The notes under the pieces: generated by a model | The model's input: only the letters and a program-made list of their open reading frames with translations | Told to the model about the DNA's origin: nothing | Database searches by the model: none | Assembly (NCBI GenBank): GCA_041739995.1 | Contig: JBGSMV010000058.1 | Location: forward strand, 1-47,690 | Direction: 5' to 3' | DNA length: 47,690 nucleotides | From: Bdellovibrionota bacterium | GTDB lineage: Bacteria > Bdellovibrionota_C > UBA2361 > JBGSMV01 | Part shown: positions 28,550-37,287 of the stretch, piece after piece | Numbering within the stretch: position 1 is the stretch's first letter | How the letters are laid out: each line of letters opens with the position of its first letter | Translations under genes and position numbers: made by a program

Positions 28550-28579
28550 GTATCGTATATCGTAAGTATACGATGATAC
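28550..28579. promoter_or_regulatory. Putative ArsR operator
   Basis: ATCGTA-agta-TACGAT palindrome just upstream of the arsR start. Confidence 0.55.
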
Positions 28580-28598
28580 CTCGGGGCAATTCAAGCTG

Positions 28599-28668
28599 TT
28601 TCTTGAAATTTCTAAGACTGGCCCCCCGTAGTCTTTACGAAGGCGGATTACTGCAAAATCTGGTGCAC
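28599..28668 (+). repeat. Degenerate att-like site 5 interrupted by a REP-like hairpin
   Basis: tttcttgaaatttctaa resembles tttcaggagctttctaa; tgcaaaatctggtgcac resembles tgcaaaatggatgcac; no CACCCCA core seen. Confidence 0.45.
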
Positions 28669-28758
28669 CGCGCTGCACACACTGCACAAGTGTGCTGGGA
28701 GTAAATAGTTAATGGCCTCGAGACTTGATCGCGCAGGTGCGGTTAGGGCACCCTAAAA

Positions 28759-29246
28759 TCATTCAGGGGTTGCGGTGCCCCACATTCTGACGGCCGCAAA
28801 GAGCAGGTCCCCGATTGTCATGGCGAGGAGAAGGAGCGCCCAGGAGGCCATGAATGTGGTAATTCGAATTATGCCCGGCGACTCTGGGTCGTATGCGATA
28901 GGAACTTGATCTCCCCGATCAAAGGTAAACTGGGCGAAGCGGTATCCAGATTGGACAGTATGGCGATTTCCATTTGTGTCTGTGAACCACAGTGTGGGCA
29001 AGTACGTTGTTGAGGGGCTCTCTTCCTCATGGATTGAATCTGAGACGGTTTGACGGAGAGAATTTCTGCTTCTGTAGAGTTCCACGTTCGCACTAGCTCG
29101 TACTGATAGCAGCACCACGCGAACCCAATCAGAAAAATGGCCGCAGTAGCGTAGGTCAGTCGTAAATTTTTCGACGAATTCGGTCCGATTTTCGCTGTTC
29201 TTCGAGCGAGAGGATCTTCATGAGGTAGAAGGCGCCCTTTAGACAA
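28759..29246 (-). pseudogene. Frameshifted DUF3592-like membrane protein
   Basis: N-terminal TM plus W.STEAEI in one frame; Y.P...FTD..G..H, GDQVPIAYDPESP and a TM in another. Shift near 29030-29055. Confidence 0.6.
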
Positions 29247-29427
29247 TCAAGCAGGGGAGGATTATCCAAGTGGGAGTGGGCGCTTCGCACCCATTGTATC
29301 TGGCCGTTACGCGTAACGCATCCTGGAACATCCACCCGTGCCTATGATAGCCTGTCGCGCGCGACAACATTACCTAAAGATTGAAAAGATGCTCATTCTA
29401 TTCCCAAGTTTTGCCGGCAGACCAATT

Positions 29428-30699
29428 ATGAAACGATTGCGGTTTCTCTATCATAGATTGACTGAGCGGCTCTGGATCAAGCCGCTCATTATTTGTTTTT
29501 TCTCTGTAGTAATAGTCTTTCTTGCTAAGCTCGCCGATCGAAGCAGCATGCTGACGGAGATCTTTCCAGAGGTGACTCTAGAGTCAATCGAGACACTTCT
29601 AAATATTTTAAGTTCGAGCATGTTGGTAATCGCGACCTTTGCTGTTGCGTCTATGGTTTCGGCTTACGCTTCGGCAAGCAGCACAGCGACGCCACGATCG
29701 TTCTCGCTTGTCATCTCCGACGATGTTTCACAGAACGCACTTTCTACTTTCATCGGAGCATTTATCTTCAGCATAGTGGCGTTGATCGTCGCGAAGAATG
29801 AATACTACGGTAAAGCAGGGCTGCTTGGTCTTTTTGTACTCACCATCATTGTATTTGCGCTCGTCATTTATACTTTCGTGCGTTGGGTTGATCGAATCGC
29901 TCGCCTTGGTCGGCTTGGTGCCACGATCGACAAGGTAGAGGCGGCCACGAAAAGCGCATTGCTAAATCGTAAGAACGCTCCGCGCCTTGGAGGTAGTCCG
30001 GTTGAATCTCGCCGAATAAAGGATGCCCGGCCGATTTATAGCGATAGGGTGGGCTACGTGCAGCAAGTAAATGTGGATACCTTGCAAGAGATAGCCCAAA
30101 GCTACGAGACACGGATCGTGGTTTTTGCGCTTCCTGGCGCCTTTGTCACACCAAATTCGCCCTTAGCCTACATTGAGCCGAACCCTGACTTTGAAAAGAA
30201 GATTGAGCTAGAGCAATTGATAAAGGCGTTTGTCGTTGGCGATGATAGGAAGTTTGATGAAGATCCTCGCTTCGGTTTGATAGTTCTCTCGGAAATCGCT
30301 GGTCGTGCTTTGTCTCCGGCGGTGAATGACCCCGGCACTGCCATAGACATTATTGGAACCTTTGTAAGGCTTTTTTCGATTTGGGGTGAGCCTCTGACGG
30401 AGGCGCAAGAAGAGAAGATTGAATTTGATCGAGTTGCGGTTCCTGAAATTTCGATTGACGACATGTTTGATGATGCCTTTACCGCAATAGCCCGAGACGG
30501 TGCGGGTTCTATTGAAGTTATAATGAGACTGCAGAAGGCTTTCATCGCTCTCGCATCTATGGATAGTTCTGAAATGAAATCAGCTGCAGAGCGCCACTCA
30601 CGATTAAGTCTCGCAAGAGCTGAAAAGAGAATGGACCTTTCCGACGATTTGGAGATAGTACAAACCTTATCGGAATCCCTCTGCAGGTCTAAGGCTTGA
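29428..30699 (+). CDS. DUF2254 family membrane protein
   Basis: ASSTATPR, QNALSTFIGAF, DPRFGLIVLSEIAGRALSPAVNDPGTA. Confidence 0.88.
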   Translation: MKRLRFLYHRLTERLWIKPLIICFFSVVIVFLAKLADRSSMLTEIFPEVTLESIETLLNILSSSMLVIATFAVASMVSAYASASSTATPRSFSLVISDDVSQNALSTFIGAFIFSIVALIVAKNEYYGKAGLLGLFVLTIIVFALVIYTFVRWVDRIARLGRLGATIDKVEAATKSALLNRKNAPRLGGSPVESRRIKDARPIYSDRVGYVQQVNVDTLQEIAQSYETRIVVFALPGAFVTPNSPLAYIEPNPDFEKKIELEQLIKAFVVGDDRKFDEDPRFGLIVLSEIAGRALSPAVNDPGTAIDIIGTFVRLFSIWGEPLTEAQEEKIEFDRVAVPEISIDDMFDDAFTAIARDGAGSIEVIMRLQKAFIALASMDSSEMKSAAERHSRLSLARAEKRMDLSDDLEIVQTLSESLCRSKA

Positions 30700-30874
30700 G
30701 AATCTGTTCGTCTGAAATGTGGAAAGCGCTCGGTAGCGTCGCCTAGGCTTCTACCCCTCAGAGGAAGAAGCCACAAACCAGAATTAGGTGGCTATTATCG
30801 CTACCAGTGACTAGGCTCTCTCCGACATAGAGACATGCGTTAAATTGGTAGTCACCATATAGGGAGTCTCCGCA

Positions 30875-31132
30875 ATGACAGCCGATCTTCAATCTTTACT
30901 TATGACCTTACTGATTGGTGGTGTGGCAGGCTGGCTTGCTGGCACACTAATGCGTGGCGGAGGATTCGGTATTGTCGGCGATATCGTTGTCGGAATTGTG
31001 GGTGCTTTTGTAGGTGCCTGGATTTTTGGAATGCTCGGAATTGCTTGGGGTGGAATGCTGGGTGCAATCGTCTGTGCGACAGTCGGCGCCATGGTATTAA
31101 TATTCCTCATTCGTCTTATCAAGCGGGCGTAA
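30875..31132 (+). CDS. GlsB/YeaQ/YmgE family (transglycosylase-associated) membrane protein
   Basis: IGGVAGWLAG..MRGGGFG..GDIVVGIVGAFVG. Confidence 0.92.
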   Translation: MTADLQSLLMTLLIGGVAGWLAGTLMRGGGFGIVGDIVVGIVGAFVGAWIFGMLGIAWGGMLGAIVCATVGAMVLIFLIRLIKRA

Positions 31133-31166
31133 AAGAGTACCTGTCCTGCCCGCTCTATCTCTTCCC

Positions 31167-31490
31167 TTAGCCCGGCTGCCCGTCAATTCGCGGGCGAACA
31201 AGCACGCTGAAGTAGGCTAGAAGAAACAGGCTGAATGCAGCTATCCACAGTGCTTGAGAGAGTGCGACCCAAAGTAAGTATTGTTGCGGGGCAAACAAGG
31301 GAAATCCAACGCGGACAACGAAGCCAAGTACCATTGCACATAAAGCAAAAGTAGTGAGCTTCGGCGGATTCCTAATATTTCGCCCTGAATGACCAAGCGA
31401 CACTCGAGACATCATGCCAATTGTCGCCAGTCCGACTCCGCCAACTGCAAAGGCATGAACTGCAAGAAACGGTGAAGCGAGAGAGAGCGC
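31167..31490 (-). pseudogene. nnrS: C-terminal fragment of NnrS
   Basis: HAFAVGG..GMMSRVSLGHSGR..RPRIDGQPG; the N-terminal majority of the protein is absent. Confidence 0.75.
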
Positions 31491-31713
31491 ACTAGGACCA
31501 CAAAGAATTAGTCTTTCAGAATCCTCTAGACATTTAAGCTCTAATTTTGAGGAAAGTTTCTCTCTGTGAAGTATGCCTAGCGTCGCTACGCAAACCTCGT
31601 TTCTCGCATAACGAAATACCATTATTTTCTTTGTGTTTTCATGATTTTAGCTAGCGAAGCTTGCTCTCACGTTTGATAGTGACGAGGTTCTCCATGGTTA
31701 ATGGAGTAGTGAA

Positions 31714-33150
31714 TTGCAGGAGTCTCTCACACCATCTCAGCAGCGTTTCGTTACGCTCCTTGGAACCTCGTGGTTTCCACCCCACCCAGAGATTCTTGCT
31801 CGGGTGCAAGCGCGTGTTCGGGATGAGCGCGCTATACTGGATCGCGACGCGCTAGAGCGCGAGTTGCAAGGCGATCCGAGTTTGTATTTGCGTACCGTTC
31901 GCGAGCTTACTACGCGCGTGCTCCGTGAGGGCGAGAGTGCTGCGGGTGGAGAGGACGTGCCGCCAGTGCGCCACCGCCTTCATCCGTCGCAGCTAATTCG
32001 CAATGCTTCGGTTCGGGCGCTACGCGAAGTACTCGATGTATCCGCAGATAATTGTTCAGCAGTACCTTTCCACGGTGGATCAGAGTGGGCCGCGAAAAGA
32101 ACCGCCCAGGCGCTTTTCGGGGGAGTTGTCGTTGATGCTCTGGCAGCATCTAAGGTGGCGGGTACGGGGCTTGGCTTCGCCTCAGGGGTTTTTCGGCAGT
32201 TGGGAATGCTGTTAATCGTTTGGCATCACCCGCACGTATACAGTCGCCTCGTCGAATCATTGCCCGTAGGACAGTCGCTTGATGAGGCCTTGGCGCGGGT
32301 ACTTGGCATGTCACCTGCCTCCCTAGGGTTAGTGCTTGCGAGAGAGTGGCGTATCAGTCCGGAGATTCGCTCAGCAATGGGAGATCCCCTCGAAGGCGAG
32401 GAAGAAACGGCACAGGCAGTGGGGGGTCATTTGCGGGGGCTGTGCGAGCTTGGAGAGTCGCTTGCGACAAGCCGATTTCTTAAGGCATCAAGTGCAGGAC
32501 TTATAGAGTATCAGGAGGCCTCTAGTCGCGCTCAGTTAATTCTGGGGAATGACGGTCTTCGGGCCATCTTCGCTCAAGTAGACCGCGCATGTGAACATCT
32601 GATGCGCTCCTTTCCTTCGGCATTTCCGGCGGAAGGCCCCCAAAGACAGCGGCCTGAACCAAAGCCATTTTCCACCAAGCTTCCGCCTTTCGTAATTGAG
32701 CAATTGCAGTTTCTTCGCGATAACTTCTCCGGTGGCGTTGCACCCGAACGATTGCGAAGCGTTGTGGAGCAAGTGGTGAGGTCGCTCGGCTTTGTCAGTG
32801 GCAGACTCTATGTCTTTGATCCCGGAGATCAGCGACTCATTCCACGCGTGGCGTGGGGCGCGGCGGAGTTGAAGTCTATTCGCTCTATCAATCTTGGCCC
32901 TGAAGAGGCGCAATCAAAAAAAACGCACACAACGGAACAAGACCAAGTGGTTCGAGATGCATTTGGCTCTCGAGAACCGAAGGTTAACGGGCGTGCTATT
33001 GCGGTACTGGCCGTGCCGATTGGAATCGACAATACGATTGGCGTGCTGGCGTTGGAGATGAAGCGAGAGTTCTTCGAGCCGCGGACAGAGCTTGTTCAAG
33101 ACTGTGCGGTGGCCCTCGGTGCAGCGATCTCAGAGGCGATCGATCTTTAA
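31714..33150 (+). CDS. HDOD domain protein with C-terminal GAF-like region
   Basis: LERELQGDPSL..R, GVFRQLGMLLI, LAREWRISPEI; C-terminal LAVPIG..IGVLALE. Confidence 0.7.
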   Translation: MQESLTPSQQRFVTLLGTSWFPPHPEILARVQARVRDERAILDRDALERELQGDPSLYLRTVRELTTRVLREGESAAGGEDVPPVRHRLHPSQLIRNASVRALREVLDVSADNCSAVPFHGGSEWAAKRTAQALFGGVVVDALAASKVAGTGLGFASGVFRQLGMLLIVWHHPHVYSRLVESLPVGQSLDEALARVLGMSPASLGLVLAREWRISPEIRSAMGDPLEGEEETAQAVGGHLRGLCELGESLATSRFLKASSAGLIEYQEASSRAQLILGNDGLRAIFAQVDRACEHLMRSFPSAFPAEGPQRQRPEPKPFSTKLPPFVIEQLQFLRDNFSGGVAPERLRSVVEQVVRSLGFVSGRLYVFDPGDQRLIPRVAWGAAELKSIRSINLGPEEAQSKKTHTTEQDQVVRDAFGSREPKVNGRAIAVLAVPIGIDNTIGVLALEMKREFFEPRTELVQDCAVALGAAISEAIDL

Positions 33151-33259
33151 CCGCGAAGAATATAGAGAGCAGGTAGCGAGATGATGTCTCCACCCGCCGC
33201 GAGCGGCTCTCTTTATTAAAGAGAGCGCTTCTCAGCGACGAGCGGAGACAAGGGGATGG

Positions 33260-35776
33260 CTAAGCGGACTTAATGCGCATTCCGTAGAACGAGCGATGCA
33301 CGAACCAAAGTCCAACTACCAAAAGAACCAGTCCAATCCAGACTGCCACCTCATGAGATTCCACCGCGATTTCTACCGCGAGGAGTCCAAACAATGTGGT
33401 GAACTTAATGATTGGGTTCAACGCCACTGAAGAGGTGTCCTTGAAAGGATCGCCCACCGTGTCACCAACCACTGTGGCAGCATGAAGCGGCGTTCCTTTT
33501 TCGCGAAGATCAACTTCGACAAACTTCTTGGCATTGTCCCAAGCACCACCGGCATTCGCCATGAAAATAGCCTGGTAAAGCCCAAACACCGCAATCGACA
33601 CAAGGTAACTTGCGAAGAACTCGGGGTCGAAACAAGCAAACGCCAGGGTAAGGCAGAAGACCACTCCGAAGATGTTGATCATGCCCTTCTGAGCGAACTG
33701 AGTGCAGATCTTCACCACTGCCTTTGAGTCCTCAACTGAGGCCTTTTCCCTATCGAGACGAATATTGGCCTTGATGTACTCAACCGCACGAAACGCGCCA
33801 GTTGTCACGGCTTGCATTGAAGCACCCGTGAACCAGTAAATGACCGCGCCGCCGGTGATGAGTCCCAGAAGAACCTTAGGAGCGAGAAGGTCAAGCTTCA
33901 ACTCAAGCAAGAGAATGATCGAGAAGATCATCGTCGTTGCACCAATAACTGCGGTTCCGATTAGCACTGGCTTTGCAGTTGCCTTAAAGGTGTTCCCCGC
34001 TGAGTCGTTTTCCTCAAGGAAGAGCTTGCCGCGCTCAAAATTGGGGGTGAACCCAAAGTCCTTCTTAATCTCTTCTGAAATATTTGGAGCCGACTCAATC
34101 TGCGAAAGTTCGAACACTGACTGAGCATTATCCGTCACTGGGCCGTAGCTATCGACCGCGATAGTAACGGGGCCCATGCCCAATAGTCCGAAAGCCACCA
34201 AGCCGAACGCGAACACAGCCGGGTAGATCATCACCTGCTCAAGCCCGAGGGACGAGGTGTAGTAGGCCACGTACATCAAGGCAACAATGGTCAGGCCCTT
34301 CCAGAAAGCGCTGAAATTTCCAGCGACGAGTCCGGAAAGAATCGTGAGCGATGCGCCACCTTCGCGCGAAGCAGCCACGATTTCAGCGACATGCTTCGAC
34401 TTCGAGGAGGTGAATACTTTCGTGAACTCAGGAATGACGGCTGCGGCAAGCGTGCCGCAACTGATGATGGTGGAGAGCTTCCACCATAGGCCATGTCCAA
34501 GGAACGAAATGAGCTCGTAGCTGACCAGGTAGGTCACCACGATTGAGATTAGCGAAGTAACCCATACCAATGAGGTAAGCGGTGCTTCGAAGTCGAACTT
34601 GTCGGACTGACCGTATCTGGCCTTTGCGAGAGCGCCATTCACGACATAGGCAAGCACCGAAGTGATTACCATCAGAACACGCATCACAAAGATCCAAATA
34701 ATGAACTTGGCTTGCAGTTCTGGGCCTGAAATTCCACCTACAAGCGAATCGCTCACTACGGGACGACCGTCTATGCCGACCATCATGCCAACTGCCAAGC
34801 AGATGAAGGTAATGAGAGCAACGCCGGTCACACCGTAGGTTTCAAATCCGTCAGCGGTTGGGCCGACGGAATCGCCTGCGTTGTCGCCTGTGCAGTCTGC
34901 GATAACGCCAGGGTTTCTTGCGTCGTCTTCCTTGATGTTGAAGACGATCTTCATCAAGTCAGCACCAATGTCAGCAATCTTGGTGAAGATACCACCGCAG
35001 ATACGCAGCGCAGAAGCACCAAGGGATTCGCCGATGGCAAAACCAATGAAGCATGCGCCCGCGTACTTAGGATCAACTAGAAGTAGAATCGCGAGCATCA
35101 AAATGAGCTCGACGCAAATCAAGAATACGCCAATCGACATACCCGCACGTAATGGAATGTCCATAACTGGGTACGGTTTTGCTCCGAGCGAAGCGAAGGC
35201 GGTACGGCTGTTTGCGTAGGTGTTGATACGAATTCCGAACCAGGCCACACCGTATGAGCCGAGAATTCCCAGTATCGACCAGAAAATAATCATGGCAACG
35301 ACTGGTATTGGCTGATGCACAAGGACGTAGAAGTAGTACACCATGCAGGCGCCGATAAGCGCTTCAAGGGCGATCAGAAACTTCCCTTGTTGGAGTAGGT
35401 AGGTCTTGCAGGTCTCATAGATAATATCGGAAACCTCAAGCATGAGCCGATGTGCGGGCAGGCCCTTCACCTTCATGAACTCAGCGTAGGAGAAGACGAT
35501 GCCCAAGGCGGAGACGACTACACCAATCCAAAGCAGTGTTCGTCCGGAAATGTCGGATCCAAGCACCGAGAACATCACGTTCAAATCGGGAACCTTGATA
35601 TTTACATCTCCTGAGGCATGCGCAGCGACGGGGGCAAATAAACTTAACCCGCAAAGCATCAAACAGGCGTATGCCAGCGTCGACGGCGTGCCCTTACGTG
35701 GCAAAAGCGAGGGAAACACATCTCGCAAGCGAGAAAGAGGTGATGAACGAAAAAATTTACCGAGCATAGCCTTCAA
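33260..35776 (-). CDS. hppA: Membrane-bound ion-translocating pyrophosphatase
   Basis: GGIFTKIADIGADL, EDDARNPGVIAD, DSYGPVTDNA, GGAWDNAKK, GDTVGDPFKDT. Confidence 0.96.
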   Translation of the reverse strand: MKAMLGKFFRSSPLSRLRDVFPSLLPRKGTPSTLAYACLMLCGLSLFAPVAAHASGDVNIKVPDLNVMFSVLGSDISGRTLLWIGVVVSALGIVFSYAEFMKVKGLPAHRLMLEVSDIIYETCKTYLLQQGKFLIALEALIGACMVYYFYVLVHQPIPVVAMIIFWSILGILGSYGVAWFGIRINTYANSRTAFASLGAKPYPVMDIPLRAGMSIGVFLICVELILMLAILLLVDPKYAGACFIGFAIGESLGASALRICGGIFTKIADIGADLMKIVFNIKEDDARNPGVIADCTGDNAGDSVGPTADGFETYGVTGVALITFICLAVGMMVGIDGRPVVSDSLVGGISGPELQAKFIIWIFVMRVLMVITSVLAYVVNGALAKARYGQSDKFDFEAPLTSLVWVTSLISIVVTYLVSYELISFLGHGLWWKLSTIISCGTLAAAVIPEFTKVFTSSKSKHVAEIVAASREGGASLTILSGLVAGNFSAFWKGLTIVALMYVAYYTSSLGLEQVMIYPAVFAFGLVAFGLLGMGPVTIAVDSYGPVTDNAQSVFELSQIESAPNISEEIKKDFGFTPNFERGKLFLEENDSAGNTFKATAKPVLIGTAVIGATTMIFSIILLLELKLDLLAPKVLLGLITGGAVIYWFTGASMQAVTTGAFRAVEYIKANIRLDREKASVEDSKAVVKICTQFAQKGMINIFGVVFCLTLAFACFDPEFFASYLVSIAVFGLYQAIFMANAGGAWDNAKKFVEVDLREKGTPLHAATVVGDTVGDPFKDTSSVALNPIIKFTTLFGLLAVEIAVESHEVAVWIGLVLLVVGLWFVHRSFYGMRIKSA

Positions 35777-36125
35777 TTTAACTCCCCAAATTATGCACTC
35801 TAGGGACGAGCGCGTTTCAGATTGGTTATTTCAAAACAGTTACTTCAGAACTTTCTTTTTAAAACAGGGCTTCTCTACAGAGCTTCCCTACGTGGCGCGA
35901 TATGCCATCTCCATAGGTCAGATTTGAATGGAGTGACCCGTTCAAATGACCAGATTTTCCGAATAGCCCATATGAATCGCTCGTTTTTGATCGATTGTAG
36001 GGGCTCATTCAACGAAGAAAGCGCTACACACGTTGCGAATGACCCCCTTTAGTAGCTAAATCAGACGATTTGGTAAAGAACTCTGGGTCCTTAGAGGATT
36101 GTTTTCGTAGGGAGCGAGCAGGCAG

Positions 36126-36968
36126 GTGGTGAAAATTAGGCGAGTGCCGCTTAAAGAGCTGCTGGTGGTTCGTGGGCTGGCTGAGTCGCCAGCTCGAGCT
36201 GAGGCTTTGGTGCTGGCAGGCGACGTCTGGCTCGGGGACACCGCTGCCAGGAGTTCTGGTGCGCTTGTCGACGAAAACGTTGAGGTCAGAGTGAGGGAGC
36301 CGGAGCGCTATGTAAGCCGGTCAGCTCAGAAACTGGGTCTGGCTCTAGAGGGGTGGGGCCTTACGCCACAAGGCTGTGTGTGTGCGGATGTGGGCAGTTC
36401 GACCGGAGGGTTCACTCAAGTCTTGCTTGAGCGTGGGGCGTCTAAGGTGTTTGCAATCGATGTCGGCCAGAATGAGCTGGCTTGGAAGCTCCGTAATGAT
36501 CCGCGGGTGCACGTCATGGAGCGCACCAATGCGCGCACCTTAGCGGCGCTACCCTGTGAGATTACTTTTGCATCGATCGACGTCTCTTTCATTTCAATTC
36601 GAGTGGTTTTGCCAGCGGTGTTGAAGTGGTTTGCCTCTGGAGGAGGTGATGTGGCGACGCTGGTGAAGCCCCAGTTTGAGGCTGAAAAGGACGAGGTTCC
36701 CTCGGGAGGAGTGGTTCATGATCGCGCAGTGCATCGCCGTGTCCTTGAGCGGACCTTGATAGAGAGTCTGCCCAAGAGCTGTCGGGTGATGGGGGTTGTA
36801 GCGGCAAGACCGCGCGGGCAGTCGGGCAACCAGGAATTTATGGCCTGGATTAGATATGGCGCTGCTGAGGACGGTGTGGCTGAAGACAGTCCGACCAACC
36901 AGGAGCAAGCGGTGCAGGTGCGAGGGTGGATCGAGGAGGCGGTAAGTAACCAGGACCAGGACTTGTAG
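36126..36968 (+). CDS. tlyA: TlyA family rRNA methyltransferase
   Basis: YVSRSAQKL, DVGSSTGGFT, DVSFIS, LVKPQFEA, GNQEF. Confidence 0.93.
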   Translation: MVKIRRVPLKELLVVRGLAESPARAEALVLAGDVWLGDTAARSSGALVDENVEVRVREPERYVSRSAQKLGLALEGWGLTPQGCVCADVGSSTGGFTQVLLERGASKVFAIDVGQNELAWKLRNDPRVHVMERTNARTLAALPCEITFASIDVSFISIRVVLPAVLKWFASGGGDVATLVKPQFEAEKDEVPSGGVVHDRAVHRRVLERTLIESLPKSCRVMGVVAARPRGQSGNQEFMAWIRYGAAEDGVAEDSPTNQEQAVQVRGWIEEAVSNQDQDL

Positions 36969-37041
36969 CAGGTTTTGGCAGGCGGGCCCCCCGAGTTGAA
37001 TAACATTCCGTTAGAAGCTACTCTCCCGGTTCTTCTGTGGC

Positions 37042-37117
<76 letters not shown>

Positions 37118-37201
37118 TTTTTTTCTTTCCCCATTCGTCTTTGTTCCTATTTCGTTCCTATTTCCTGATCCTCTTACGACCTGAGCTTAGGAGTCCCAGC
37201 T

Positions 37202-37273
37202 TAGGAGTCCGTGACACAGCCCTTTATATAAGGGGCCGCCTTCGCTCTCCTGTACCTGTGGCACAGACTCCTA
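37202..37273 (-). repeat. 72-bp MITE-like element copy C
   Basis: taggagtccgtg...cacagactccta terminal IRs; reverse complement is 66/72 identical to 41482-41553. Confidence 0.85.
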
Positions 37274-37287
37274 GCGCGCAGATGCTC

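Larger units (their letters stand above)
18198..28668. mobile_element. tRNA-His-anchored genomic island built as a tandem array of att-delimited modules
   Basis: tRNA 3'-end core recurs at 21699, 22051, 23185 (1 mismatch) and 27146, each preceded by the same conserved sequence. Visibly more AT-rich than the flanks, with accessory cargo. No integrase seen. Confidence 0.8.

Noticed and set aside
35860..35915. Fluoride riboswitch upstream of hppA (GGAGATGGCAT on the minus strand)
   Set aside because: Lacks the complementary strand of the first stem and the downstream GCTGATGA/pseudoknot element.
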